Part shown: one piece after another, positions 50,332-60,922 of the stretch
How positions within the stretch are numbered: position 1 is the stretch's first letter
How the letters are laid out: each line of letters begins with the position of its first letter
Assembly (NCBI GenBank): GCA_004558865.1
Contig: SFCY01000001.1
Span: 801-64,800 of the forward strand
DNA length: 64,000 nt
Direction: 5' to 3'
Origin: Bacteroidales bacterium
GTDB taxonomy: Bacteria > Bacteroidota > Bacteroidia > Bacteroidales > Bacteroidaceae
Notes under the pieces: generated by a model
What the model saw: the letters and a program-made list of their open reading frames with translations, nothing else
What the model was told of the DNA's origin: nothing
Databases searched by the model: none
Program-made: the position numbers and the translations under genes

Positions 50332-51621
50332 ATGCTAACATTGAAACTAATCAGCGAAGACACGGAACATGTCATCAAAGGCCTGGAGAAGAAGCATTTT
50401 GATGGTGCCCGTGAGGCTATCGAAAAGGTTTTGGATTTTGACAGGCAACGTCGCGAAGCCCAGCAGAAGTTGGATGCCAACAAGCAACAGCAGAATCAGC
50501 TGTCGAAGCAGATTGGCGGTCTGATGAAGAGCGGCAAGAAGGACGAAGCCGATGCGATAAAGCAACAGGTGGCCGACTTGAAGGCCTCCGACAAGGAACT
50601 GCAGGCCCAGATGGAGCAGGCTCAGAACGATATGACCGAGCTGCTGCTGACCATTCCCAACGTGCCCAACGATGATGTCCCCGAGGGTAAGGACGCCTCC
50701 GACAACGTGGTGGTGAAGGAGGGGGGAGAGAAACCCAATTTGGGCGATGACGCCCTTTGCCACTGGGATCTCTGCAAGAAGTACAATCTTGTGGACTTTG
50801 ACCTTGGCGTGAAGATTACCGGAGCCGGATTCCCCGTATACATTGGCAAGATGGCTCGTTTCCAGCGCGCCCTTGAGGCTTTCTTCCTCGACGAGGCCCG
50901 CAAGAGCGGCTATCTGGAGATACAGCCGCCTTTTGTGGTCAACCAAGCCTCTGGCCTTGGCACTGGGCAACTCCCAGACAAGGAAGGCCAGATGTACCAC
51001 TGCAATCTCGACGACCTCTACCTGATCCCAACGGCCGAGGTGCCTGTGACCAATCTCTTTCGCGACGAGATCCTTGACGAGAAGGACCTGCCCATCAAGC
51101 GCTGCGCCTATTCGGCCTGTTTCAGACGCGAGGCTGGAAGCTACGGCAAGGACGTGAGAGGCCTGAACCGCTTGCATCAGTTCGATAAGGTGGAGCTTGT
51201 GCGCATTGACACTCCAGAGCACAGCTACGACAGCCTAAAGGAGATGCTCGACCATGTGGAGGGCCTTTGCCAGAAGCTTGAGCTTCCCTATCACATACTC
51301 CGCCTGTGCGGTGGCGACATGAGTTTCACCTCAGCCATCTGCTACGACTTTGAGGTGTGGAGCGCAGCCCAGAAGCGCTGGCTTGAGGTAAGCTCGGTGT
51401 CTAATTTTGAGAGCTACCAAGCCAATCGCCTGCATTGCCGTTATCGCCATGCCGACGACAAGAAGATTGAACTCTGCCACACCCTCAACGGCTCCGCCTT
51501 GGCCCTGCCCCGCATCGTGGCGGCAATCATGGAGGACAACCAGACCCCCGAGGGTATCCGCGTGCCGAAAGCACTCGTGCCTTACTGCGGCTTTGAGATG
51601 CTCGACGACAAGAACTTTTAG
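50332..51621 (+). CDS. serS: Serine--tRNA ligase
   Basis: LIPTAEV, FRREAG, RLHQFDKVE, HTLNGSALA. Confidence 0.98.
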   Translation: MLTLKLISEDTEHVIKGLEKKHFDGAREAIEKVLDFDRQRREAQQKLDANKQQQNQLSKQIGGLMKSGKKDEADAIKQQVADLKASDKELQAQMEQAQNDMTELLLTIPNVPNDDVPEGKDASDNVVVKEGGEKPNLGDDALCHWDLCKKYNLVDFDLGVKITGAGFPVYIGKMARFQRALEAFFLDEARKSGYLEIQPPFVVNQASGLGTGQLPDKEGQMYHCNLDDLYLIPTAEVPVTNLFRDEILDEKDLPIKRCAYSACFRREAGSYGKDVRGLNRLHQFDKVELVRIDTPEHSYDSLKEMLDHVEGLCQKLELPYHILRLCGGDMSFTSAICYDFEVWSAAQKRWLEVSSVSNFESYQANRLHCRYRHADDKKIELCHTLNGSALALPRIVAAIMEDNQTPEGIRVPKALVPYCGFEMLDDKNF

Positions 51622-51629
51622 TCACCTGA

Positions 51630-51661
51630 GAGTCAAGAGGGCAGAGGTGTCCTCTTGACTC
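51630..51661 (+). terminator. Hairpin after serS
   Basis: GAGTCAAGAGG/CCTCTTGACTC inverted repeat. Confidence 0.6.
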
Positions 51662-51829
51662 TATATCCATACAAGGCATCCCTCAGGACGCCAATCTATA
51701 GAATGCTTCGCGCCACGTGTGCCATGCATTTAACGAATCACCACCAAAGTAACTATTTTATCCTTAAATCATTTCTAAGAAATCATGCATCGTGCATACA
51801 TGCATCTTGCATCAAAAAAAGACCTAAGT

Positions 51830-54184
51830 ATGTACAAAATCGTAAGCAAGCAACAATTCAGCGAGAAGGTTTTCTGCCTTGAGGTGGAAGCGCCGCTGAT
51901 TGCGAGAAGCTGCCGCCCGGGCAACTTCATCATCATTCGTGTAGACAGCAAGAGTGAGCGCGTGCCTTACACCATAGCCAAGAGTGATCCCGAGAGGGGA
52001 ACCTTGACCTTGGTGGTTCAGGAGGTGGGTCTGTCGTCGACCAAACTCTGCCGCCTGTCGGTGGGCGAGGGGGTGCACGACATTGTGGGGCCACTCGGCA
52101 CTCCGTCGAGAATCGAGAACTACGGCACCGTGCTCTGCGCCGGAGGCGGCATCGGCATAGCCGCTATTCTTCCCATCCTCACCGCCTTGAAAAAAGCCGG
52201 CAACAGAGTGGTCTCTGTCTTGGCAGGACGCACAAAGGAACTTGTCATCATGGTGGATGATGTGAAGGAATACAGTGATGAAGTCATCATCATGACCGAC
52301 GACGGAAGCTGGGGCAAGAAAGGAGTCGTCACCGTTGGCATGGAAGAGGTGATCAACCGTGAGCATGTCGACAAGGTGCTGGCCATCGGTCCTCCCATAA
52401 TGATGAAGTTCTGCTCGTTGATGGCCCATAAATATGGAATCCCCAACGACGTTTCGCTGAACACCATCATGGTGGACGGCACCGGAATGTGCGGAGCCTG
52501 CCGACTTACGATAGGTGGAAAGACGAAATTTGTGTGCATCGATGGTCCAGAGTTTGACGGTGACCAGGTGGACTGGGACGAAATGTTCAAGCGCATGGGA
52601 ACTTTCAAGCGCGTGGAGCGTGAGGAGATGGACCACTATGCGGAGCATCTGCCCCAGCCAATGGCCGAAGAGCGTGTGGAGCAGAGGGAGCGGCAAGACA
52701 CATCGGGAAAGCCCGAGACCCAAGGGGAGGACGAGGAGTCGCTGACCGACCGCAACGCACCCTGGCGCCAGGAGCTGAGGGCTGCCTTGAAGCCTAAGGA
52801 TCGCAAGGCCATAGAGCGAGTGGTCATGCCCGAGTTGGATCCTGCATACAGGGCCACTACCCGATTGGAAGAGGTCAACAAGGGGCTTACGAGGGAGCAG
52901 GCCATGACTGAGGCAAAGCGCTGCCTCGACTGCGGCAAGCCCACCTGCGTGGAGGGCTGTCCCGTCAACATCAACATACCCTCTTTTGTGAAGAACATCG
53001 AGCGGGGCAACATTTTGGGCGCAGCCGCTGTGCTGAAGCAGACCTCGGCTCTGCCCGCCATCTGTGGCCGCGTATGTCCACAGGAGAAGCAGTGCGAGAG
53101 CAAGTGCATCCATCTGAAGATGGGCGAGAAGGCCGTGGCCATAGGCTATTTGGAGCGTTTTGCCGCCGACTTTGAGCGGGAGAGCGGGCAAGCCCAGCTC
53201 CCTGCCTGTGCCCCCGGCAATGGCATCAAGGTGGCCGTGGTGGGCTCTGGCCCCGCTGGCCTGAGCTTTGCCGGCGACATGGTGAAGCGAGGATTTGAAG
53301 TGTATGTCTTCGAGGCTCTCCACGAGGTGGGCGGAGTGCTGCGCTACGGCATTCCTGAGTTTCGTCTGCCCAACCACATTGTGGATGTGGAGATAGACAA
53401 CCTGCGCAAGATGGGTGTCCACTTCCAGACCGACTGCATCGTGGGCAAGACCATCTCCATAGAGGAGCTGGAGGAGCAAGGCTTCAAGGGCGTGTTTGTG
53501 GGTTCTGGAGCTGGACTGCCCAACTTCATGGGCATTCCCGGTGAGAACGCCATCAACATCATGTCGAGCAACGAGTATCTCACCCGAATCAACTTGATGG
53601 ACGCAGCCAACCCAGAGACCGACACGCCCATCAACTTGGGCAAGAAGGTGATTGTGGTAGGTGGTGGCAACACGGCCATGGACTCCTGCCGCACCGCCAA
53701 GCGCTTGGGAGCCGACGTGACGCTGGTCTACCGCCGCTCAGAGGCAGAGATGCCAGCTCGTTTGGAAGAGGTGAAGCACGCCAAGGAAGAGGGCATCCGA
53801 TTCCTCACTCTCCATAATCCCAAGGAATATCTTGTTGATGAGAATGGCGCGGTAAGGGCAGCGGTGCTCGACGTGATGGAGTTGGGCGAGCCTGATGCCT
53901 CAGGCCGCCGCCGTCCCGTGCCCACGGGTGAGACCCTCACGAAGGATTGCGACCAGGTGGTCGTGGCTGTTGGCGTGAGTCCCAACCCATTGGTGCCCAA
54001 GTCGGTTTCCGGACTGGAGTTGGGACGCAAGAATACGATAGTGGTCGACGAGAACATGCAATCGAGCCGCGGTGAAATCTATGCCGGCGGCGACATCGTG
54101 CGCGGCGGTGCCACAGTGATTCTCGCCATGGGCGACGGCCGCAGGGCCGCCAAGGGAATGGCTGAGAAGCTGCTCCAAAAGTAA
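51830..54184 (+). CDS. Fused NfnA/PyrK-like plus NfnB/GltD-like flavoprotein
   Basis: N-part: GPLG, GGGIG, DGTGMCGACR...C.DGPEF (2Fe-2S); C-part: CLDC..P.C...CP, CGRVCPQE.QCE, GSGPAG, GGGNTAMD. Confidence 0.9.
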   Translation: MYKIVSKQQFSEKVFCLEVEAPLIARSCRPGNFIIIRVDSKSERVPYTIAKSDPERGTLTLVVQEVGLSSTKLCRLSVGEGVHDIVGPLGTPSRIENYGTVLCAGGGIGIAAILPILTALKKAGNRVVSVLAGRTKELVIMVDDVKEYSDEVIIMTDDGSWGKKGVVTVGMEEVINREHVDKVLAIGPPIMMKFCSLMAHKYGIPNDVSLNTIMVDGTGMCGACRLTIGGKTKFVCIDGPEFDGDQVDWDEMFKRMGTFKRVEREEMDHYAEHLPQPMAEERVEQRERQDTSGKPETQGEDEESLTDRNAPWRQELRAALKPKDRKAIERVVMPELDPAYRATTRLEEVNKGLTREQAMTEAKRCLDCGKPTCVEGCPVNINIPSFVKNIERGNILGAAAVLKQTSALPAICGRVCPQEKQCESKCIHLKMGEKAVAIGYLERFAADFERESGQAQLPACAPGNGIKVAVVGSGPAGLSFAGDMVKRGFEVYVFEALHEVGGVLRYGIPEFRLPNHIVDVEIDNLRKMGVHFQTDCIVGKTISIEELEEQGFKGVFVGSGAGLPNFMGIPGENAINIMSSNEYLTRINLMDAANPETDTPINLGKKVIVVGGGNTAMDSCRTAKRLGADVTLVYRRSEAEMPARLEEVKHAKEEGIRFLTLHNPKEYLVDENGAVRAAVLDVMELGEPDASGRRRPVPTGETLTKDCDQVVVAVGVSPNPLVPKSVSGLELGRKNTIVVDENMQSSRGEIYAGGDIVRGGATVILAMGDGRRAAKGMAEKLLQK

Positions 54185-54191
54185 TGGGAGA

Positions 54192-54231
54192 GGAGGGCCA
54201 ATCGAGGTGGAAAACCCGATTGGCCCTCTTT
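54192..54231 (+). terminator. Intrinsic terminator
   Basis: GAGGGCCAATCG/CGATTGGCCCTC followed by TTT. Confidence 0.7.
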
Positions 54232-54277
54232 CGTCCTTGTATGAAGAAACTATTGAGAAGGATAATACTATAACCTT

Positions 54278-57200
54278 ATGATTCAATCCCTTACAATATA
54301 CCGTGCAAGTGCGGGAAGCGGAAAGACCTTCCGTTTGGCCGTGGAATATATCAAGCTTCTCATCCAAAATCCGATGGGCTTTCGCAACATCCTTGCCGTG
54401 ACCTTCACCAACAAGGCCACTGAAGAGATGAAGATGCGCATCCTCGGACAGCTCTACGGTTTGGCCAAGAGCCTGCCACCGTCGGACGACTATCTAAGGG
54501 CAATCATGGACGACACCTCTTTCGATGAGAAGACCATTAGAGCCAGGTCGCAGACCGCGCTGATGCTGATTCTACACAACTACCAGTATTTCCGCGTGGA
54601 GACCATCGACTCCTTTTTCCAAAGTGTGCTGAGAAACCTCGCCAGGGAGTTGGGGCTCAACGCCAACCTGCGTGTGGAACTGAATGACAGGCAGGTGGAG
54701 GAAGAGTCGGTCGACAGGATGATAGAGTCGCTCCATGCCAACGACAAGGTACTGAAATGGATCATGGAGTTCATCAATCAGAACATGGCCGATGACAAGT
54801 CGTGGAATGTCATCAGTGAACTGAAGTCGTTTGGGATGAACATCTTCAAGGACGACTTCAAGGACAACCGGGAGGAGATGGACAGGAGGTTCTCCGCCCC
54901 AGACTTCTTCAAAGACATCAGCAGCACCCTGTTCGCCATCAGGAAAACCGCGGAGGACCACTTCAAGGGGATTGCTGACGAGTTCCACGCCATAGTCGAC
55001 AAGTATGGCCTCAAGACCGACGACTTCAAGTTCAAGGGCTCGGGTGCTTGGACCTACTTCAAGAAGTTGGGCAATGGAGCCTATACCGACTCCGAGCTGT
55101 TGGGCAAGCGATTCTTGGAGGCCATGGAACATCCTGAGGCGTGGCTGGGCGCCAAGGGGCTCACCGCGGCCGGGGAGGAGCTTTCAGCCCTGGCGCAGAA
55201 GAGCGAGCGCACCCGAAAGGAATACGCCCGAAGCTACTATTCGGCCTTGTTCACCCTGCAGAACCTCTATAAGATACGACTGTTGCGCTATATCGACGAG
55301 AGCGTGGACAAGAGGAACAAGGAACTGAGCAGGTTTCTGCTCTCCAACACCCAGACCCTCTTGGCCGGGATGATCAAGCAGTCGGACTCGCCCTTCGTCT
55401 ATGAGAAGATTGGCGCCCAGATACAGCACATCATGATAGACGAGTTCCAGGACACGAGCCGAATACAATGGAAGAACTTCAAGGTGCTTCTCGGCGAGAG
55501 CATGGCCAAGGCTCCGAAGGATGACGATGGAATCTCGCAAAACCTCATTGTGGGCGACGTGAAGCAGAGCATCTACCGCTGGCGCGACGGCGACTGGAAA
55601 CTGCTCAACAGCATTGAGGGGGAATTCAATCCCGGCGAGCTCAACGCCCAGCCCATGAAGGTCAACTACAGGTCGAGCCGGAATGTTGTGGTGTTCAACA
55701 ACTCTTTCTTCGAGTTTGCCAACCGTGCGGAGGCCGAGCGGCTGAGGGGCGAGGCCGATGGACTTCGCGGCAGCGTGCCGGCGGCAGCGTGCAAGAGTTT
55801 GGTGGGTCAGGCGGGAGAGATAGAGAAAGCCTACGACGGCCTGTCGCAGGAGGTGCCGGAATGGCGGCCCGCGGAGGGACGTGTGGAAATTGACCTCATT
55901 CCCGAGAAGACCGATGATGGAGAGAGCTACGACGACAGGATACTGGAAATGCTCAGGCGGACCATTAACCAGCTCGTGGACCAGCAGCGTGTGGAGCTGA
56001 AGGACATCGCCATCCTCTCCCGCTCGCGGTCGGAGATTTCCCACATCGTGGACTATTTCATGAGCTTGCCCGACAATCCTGTGAAGATGGTCTCCGACGA
56101 GGCCTACCAGCTGCAGGCCTCGCCGGCGGTGAACCTGATTGTCACCGCACTAAGGGTGGTAGCCAATCCGGGAGACATTTATTATGTGGCCTTGTTGGCC
56201 CATTTGTACCAGCGCTTCCGGTGTGGGAATGAGGACGACTTGAGCCAGATGGCCATGCCAGTGGTGGAAAACAGGGGAGAGACTGGCGGAATGGAGGTGT
56301 ATTTCGAACATTTGGTGTCGTTCCTACCGAGGGGCTTCTACAACAACCTTGGGCGCACCTCGGTCATGCCGCTCGTCGACATGGTGGAGGAGATAAGGAG
56401 CGTGTTTGGACTCAACGACTGGGACAGCCAGACGGCCTACTTGTGCTGCCTGAGCGACCAGCTCTCCCGCTATGTGCAGGACAACCCGGGCAACGTGGCC
56501 GACTTCCTGCGCCTTTGGGACGAGTCGCTCTGCTCGAAGAGCATCACAGGCTCGGAGAGCGATGGCATACGCCTGCTCACCATCCACCAGAGCAAGGGGC
56601 TGGAGTTTGGCCATGTCATCATACCCTATTGCGACTGGGTGTTGGAACGCTATGACAACACGCTGTGGACCACGCCTAAAGAGAAGCCCTACACGGAGTT
56701 GGTGAAGGTGCCGGTGAAATTCCAATCAAGGCTCTTGGAGAGCATCTACGCCTACGACTACGAGACTGAGCACCAGCAGGTTGTGGTAGACAACCTCAAT
56801 CTTCTCTACGTGGCCTTCACCCGTGCCAAGAAGGGACTCTACGTGATGGGGAAGCGAAAGCCCGTGAGGAAGAAGCAGGACGAGGATAAATGGAATTGCC
56901 GTTCCTACACCATAGAGGACTATCTCGTGTCGGGTGCTGAGCAGCGTCCCGAGGGCAGCCTCACCGCCGAGTCTTCCGACGGCACTCTGCATTTCGAGAT
57001 GGGGCAGCCCATAGCGAGCCCGTCAAAGCCGGCGGAGAAAAAGAAGCCCACTGCCAATGTGTTCGACCGCAAGCCGGAGCCAAAGGACATAGCCTTGACG
57101 CCCAAGACCCATCACGTGGTGTTCGTGCAGAGCAACCAAAGCCGCCATTTCATCGAGGGCGGCATGGAGAGTCAGGAGCGTGAGGCCGCGTTCATCGATT

Positions 57201-57640
57201 TGGGCAATGTGCTGCATGAGCTGTTCTCCACCATAGCGACCATCGACGACGTGGAGCCGAGGCTCGCCGAGTTTGAGCTGGGTGGCATCATCGGCGCGCC
57301 CGCCATCCCACGTGAGAAGGTGTTGCGGCTGGTGCGCACGGCTTTCGACGATCCCTTGGTGAGACAGTGGTTCAGGCCCGGCCTCACACTGATGAACGAG
57401 TGCAACATCCTCGCCACCGACCCACTGACTGGTTCCCTCGCCACCTACCGCCCCGACCGCGTGATGATAGACGGGCGTGAGGCGGTGGTGGTGGATTTCA
57501 AGTTCGCCACCCCTGACGCCGACCACGAGAAGCAGGTCAGAAACTACATGGGGCTTCTCCGCTTGATGGGTTACAGTGAGGTGAGAGGTTTTCTGTGGTA
57601 TGTGTTCAGGAATGAGACAGTTCAGGTCAATCCCTATTAA
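54278..57640 (+). CDS. addA: AddA-like UvrD-family helicase with C-terminal nuclease
   Basis: ASAGSGKT, TFTNKA, DEFQD, GDVKQSIY, TIHQSKGLEF, YVAFTRA, RPDR...VDFK. Confidence 0.85.
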   Translation: MIQSLTIYRASAGSGKTFRLAVEYIKLLIQNPMGFRNILAVTFTNKATEEMKMRILGQLYGLAKSLPPSDDYLRAIMDDTSFDEKTIRARSQTALMLILHNYQYFRVETIDSFFQSVLRNLARELGLNANLRVELNDRQVEEESVDRMIESLHANDKVLKWIMEFINQNMADDKSWNVISELKSFGMNIFKDDFKDNREEMDRRFSAPDFFKDISSTLFAIRKTAEDHFKGIADEFHAIVDKYGLKTDDFKFKGSGAWTYFKKLGNGAYTDSELLGKRFLEAMEHPEAWLGAKGLTAAGEELSALAQKSERTRKEYARSYYSALFTLQNLYKIRLLRYIDESVDKRNKELSRFLLSNTQTLLAGMIKQSDSPFVYEKIGAQIQHIMIDEFQDTSRIQWKNFKVLLGESMAKAPKDDDGISQNLIVGDVKQSIYRWRDGDWKLLNSIEGEFNPGELNAQPMKVNYRSSRNVVVFNNSFFEFANRAEAERLRGEADGLRGSVPAAACKSLVGQAGEIEKAYDGLSQEVPEWRPAEGRVEIDLIPEKTDDGESYDDRILEMLRRTINQLVDQQRVELKDIAILSRSRSEISHIVDYFMSLPDNPVKMVSDEAYQLQASPAVNLIVTALRVVANPGDIYYVALLAHLYQRFRCGNEDDLSQMAMPVVENRGETGGMEVYFEHLVSFLPRGFYNNLGRTSVMPLVDMVEEIRSVFGLNDWDSQTAYLCCLSDQLSRYVQDNPGNVADFLRLWDESLCSKSITGSESDGIRLLTIHQSKGLEFGHVIIPYCDWVLERYDNTLWTTPKEKPYTELVKVPVKFQSRLLESIYAYDYETEHQQVVVDNLNLLYVAFTRAKKGLYVMGKRKPVRKKQDEDKWNCRSYTIEDYLVSGAEQRPEGSLTAESSDGTLHFEMGQPIASPSKPAEKKKPTANVFDRKPEPKDIALTPKTHHVVFVQSNQSRHFIEGGMESQEREAAFIDLGNVLHELFSTIATIDDVEPRLAEFELGGIIGAPAIPREKVLRLVRTAFDDPLVRQWFRPGLTLMNECNILATDPLTGSLATYRPDRVMIDGREAVVVDFKFATPDADHEKQVRNYMGLLRLMGYSEVRGFLWYVFRNETVQVNPY

Positions 57641-57654
57641 TCTTATTGAGTAGA

Positions 57655-60468
57655 ATGAAGACTTTCTTGGAGTATGTCGCTCAAGACATCAAGCAAAAAT
57701 ACAGTTCCAATTTAGGGCGCATCGCCGTGGTGTTCCCCAACAAGCGGGCGTCGGTTTTCTTCAATGCGGCTTTGGCCGAGGGCGAGACACGGCCGTTCTG
57801 GAGTCCGGCCTACATCACCATCAGCCAGCTCTTCCGCGATCAGAGCCACCTGCAAGTGGCCGATTCCATCAAGTTGGTGTGCGACCTGTATAAGGTCTAC
57901 ACCCGTCTGACGGGAGCGCAGGAGACCTTTGAGCATTTCTATGGTTGGGGGCAGCTGCTCTTGGCCGACTTTGACGACCTCGACAAGAATATGGCCGACC
58001 CTCGGCAAGTGTTCCGCAACGTGGAGGGCATCCACGAGTATGACGACGTGGACTTCCTCGACGAGGAGCAGAAGAAGTTGGTGGGCAAGTTCTTCGCCAA
58101 CTTCACCGAAGACCAAGGCTCTTACCTCAAGCAGAAGTTCATGGAGTTCTGGAGCCGCCTCTACGACATCTATATGGAATACAACTCCACCCTCTTGGCC
58201 CAGCGGCTGGCCTACGAGGGGCAGCTCTACCGCCAGGTGGCTCAACTTGAGGAGCTTCGGCTCAAGTATGACTGCTACCTCTTCGTGGGGTTCAACATGA
58301 TGCAGGAGGCTGAGATCCAGCTGGCCAAGCGGCTGGAGCGGATGGGGCGTGCCAAGTTCTATTGGGACTTCGACGCTTACTACACCCGTGCCTTTCAGGT
58401 GGGCGGGCAGGAGATGTCCCATGAGGCCGGCCGCTACGTCAACCAGCTTCGCCGGATGTTTCCCAACCAGCTCGACGAGGGGCGCGCCGACATCTTCGAC
58501 AATCTGTCCCGTCTTGGTGACATCACGATAGTGGGCGCGCCCACCGAGGACGTACAGGCCCGCTATGCTGCCACCTGGCTGAGGGAGAACGGTCGCTACA
58601 AGGACGGCATCCGCACGGCAATCGTGCTGGCCGACGAGAATCTCCTGCCTACCGTGGTGCATTGCATACCCAGCGAGGTGGGGCAGCTCAACATCACAAT
58701 GGGCTATCCCCTGTCCCTGTCGCCGGTGGCCTCGCTGGTGATGCAGCTTGTGCAGTTGGAGGTGAACCCCCGCTACCGCAATCCCTACAGCCGCCGGCTC
58801 TTCATCGCCAAGTTGCTCCGCCTGCCCTATGCGTCGCTCTTCGACAGCGGGCTGCTCTCCGAGCCCCTGCCATCCGGTTCTGGTCCCGATCCCGACCCGC
58901 TGGCCCTGCTTGGACTCCTCTTCGAGGTGGTGGCCCAGATTGGCGCCCGCTACCGCCAGCTCGGCGCGGGAGAGAAGCCCACAAAGGGAGACCCCTTCTT
59001 CTTGGAGTCGCTCTTCAGGATCTACACCCAGCTCAATCGACTGCGCCAGCTCATCGAGGCGGGCGACCTGCCGCTCATGGGCGGCGAGGGGCTGCAGGCC
59101 CTGCTGCGCCAGCTCATTAGAGACGACTCGGTGCCATTCCATGGTGAGCCGGCCGCGGGCGTGCAGCTCATGGGCGTGCTGGAAACCCGCAATCTGGACT
59201 TCGACCATGTGCTGGTGCTCTCCTGCAACGAAGGCAACCTGCCCAAGGGCGTGGGCGACACCTCTTTCATTCCCTACACCCTGCGCAAGGCCTTTCAGCT
59301 CACCACCGTCGACAACAAGGTGGGCATCTACTCCTACTATTTCCACAGCCTCATCCAGCGGGCCAAGGACGTGACGCTGGTCTACAACCATTCGGTCTCC
59401 GACGGGGGCAATGGCGAGATGAGCCGCTTCATGCTCCAGCTTATCGCCGAGAAGGGAATGTCGGTCAAGAGGCTCGAGCTGCGCACTCCCTTGGAAATCA
59501 TCAAGCAGCAGCCGCCCGTGATAGCGAAGACGGGCAGGGTGGCTGAGGCCCTGGAATCCATCGACAGTTTCGCTCCCACGGCCATCAATCAGTACCTGCG
59601 CTGTCCCCTGCGCTTCTACTACCGCTATGTGGCCCATGTGAGGGAACCCGAGGAGGACGTGGAGGAGGGAGTGGACAATGTACAGTTTGGACTTATCTTC
59701 CACAAGGCCGCCCAGCTCATCTACGAAAGTCTCAAGGATGGAGAGTTGATGGTGACGCCCGCGGCCATCTCCCGCCTCTTGGCCGACGGGAAGAGGCTCG
59801 ATGGCTTCCTCGACGACGCATTCCGCGAGGAGTACTTCCATGGCTCCACACCCTCCTACAATGGTCTGCAGGTGATCAACCGCAATGTCATCATGGGCTT
59901 GCTCAGGCGCATGCTCTCCATCGACCGCAAGCGCGCTCCGTTCCGGCTTCTTGGCACTGAGACAAAGGTGAGTGCCAGCCTGGAGTGTGCCGACGGACGC
60001 TCCATCACTCTCTATGGCTACATCGACCGGCTCGACTGCGCGTCGGCCAACGGAGACGGCACGCTCGATCATATACGGGTGGTGGACTACAAGACGGGGC
60101 GGAAGAAGCCGGGAGCGATAAAGTCGATGGACGACATCTTCAAGCCAGATAACATTGTGGGCAAGCATGGCGACTACTACCTGCAGACCATCCTCTATGC
60201 TGACATAGTTTGCCACGACCGTACCCTCAACCGTGGAGGCCTCCCCGTCAAGCCGCAGCTTTTCTATGTGCAGAACGCAAAGGAGGAGGGCGACGACCTC
60301 TCGCTCCTCATCGGGGGCGAGCCGGTGGTGGTGTCGAGGGATTTTGGTCCTGCCTTCCATGATGGTCTTGCCCGTGTGGTGAATGACATCTTCGACTTGT
60401 CGCTTCCTTTCCAGCCCAATGTATCCAAGCAGTGCGACACTTGCCCTTTCAGGCCGATGTGCTACTGA
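57655..60468 (+). CDS. addB: AddB-like PD-(D/E)XK nuclease with Fe-S staple cysteines
   Basis: YLRCP, GYIDRLD...VDYKTG, terminal CDTCPFRPMC; follows addA. Confidence 0.8.
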   Translation: MKTFLEYVAQDIKQKYSSNLGRIAVVFPNKRASVFFNAALAEGETRPFWSPAYITISQLFRDQSHLQVADSIKLVCDLYKVYTRLTGAQETFEHFYGWGQLLLADFDDLDKNMADPRQVFRNVEGIHEYDDVDFLDEEQKKLVGKFFANFTEDQGSYLKQKFMEFWSRLYDIYMEYNSTLLAQRLAYEGQLYRQVAQLEELRLKYDCYLFVGFNMMQEAEIQLAKRLERMGRAKFYWDFDAYYTRAFQVGGQEMSHEAGRYVNQLRRMFPNQLDEGRADIFDNLSRLGDITIVGAPTEDVQARYAATWLRENGRYKDGIRTAIVLADENLLPTVVHCIPSEVGQLNITMGYPLSLSPVASLVMQLVQLEVNPRYRNPYSRRLFIAKLLRLPYASLFDSGLLSEPLPSGSGPDPDPLALLGLLFEVVAQIGARYRQLGAGEKPTKGDPFFLESLFRIYTQLNRLRQLIEAGDLPLMGGEGLQALLRQLIRDDSVPFHGEPAAGVQLMGVLETRNLDFDHVLVLSCNEGNLPKGVGDTSFIPYTLRKAFQLTTVDNKVGIYSYYFHSLIQRAKDVTLVYNHSVSDGGNGEMSRFMLQLIAEKGMSVKRLELRTPLEIIKQQPPVIAKTGRVAEALESIDSFAPTAINQYLRCPLRFYYRYVAHVREPEEDVEEGVDNVQFGLIFHKAAQLIYESLKDGELMVTPAAISRLLADGKRLDGFLDDAFREEYFHGSTPSYNGLQVINRNVIMGLLRRMLSIDRKRAPFRLLGTETKVSASLECADGRSITLYGYIDRLDCASANGDGTLDHIRVVDYKTGRKKPGAIKSMDDIFKPDNIVGKHGDYYLQTILYADIVCHDRTLNRGGLPVKPQLFYVQNAKEEGDDLSLLIGGEPVVVSRDFGPAFHDGLARVVNDIFDLSLPFQPNVSKQCDTCPFRPMCY

Positions 60469-60835
60469 GGCTGGGGAAACGCCTTTTTTTATTCACAATC
60501 CATGATTGGCATTCACCTTGCATGGGGGCGATGGGCTTTCTCTTCAATGTTCCATCGCTTCTCCAAACATCCTCATGCATGCGAGGGCAATTTCCCCAAA
60601 AATGCTGTCCGCTAAAACTCTAAATGGAAAAACTTCCTGTCCGAAGCCCCGTAAAATGGGCTTCGGGCTTGATCTTTCAAAAAGTAAGCCCCCTCTCTAA
60701 TCGAACAGACTCGGTTCAGGAGGTCTTTCCTTAGCCTCCTGAACCATTTCTATCTCCCATCTTTTGCGGTATATGGCGATGATTTCCAAAACATTCGAAT
60801 CCCTGCGTTTTGGTGATTATGCGCATCCAATTACG

Positions 60836-60922
60836 GTGTGTCGGTTGGTCTATTCTTGTGTGTCGGTTGGTCTATTGCTGTGCGTCGGTTGTTCTGCTGT
60901 TGTGTGACAATTGTCACACAAC
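60836..60922. repeat. 22-bp-period degenerate repeat ending in a 24-bp perfect palindrome
   Basis: GTGTGTCGGTTGGTCTATT-type units at 60836, 60858, 60880; GTTGTGTGACAATTGTCACACAAC at 60899-60922. Confidence 0.85.

Noticed and set aside
57712..60360. 882-aa antisense ORF, and similar long antisense ORFs opposite valS, mutS2, lepA and nfnAB
   Set aside because: Shadow ORFs caused by GC-rich third codon positions; they lie opposite clear genes and have no recognisable motifs
54278..60468. Helicase plus nuclease pair as a novel anti-phage system
   Set aside because: The architecture matches housekeeping AddAB recombination enzymes in a core-genome context
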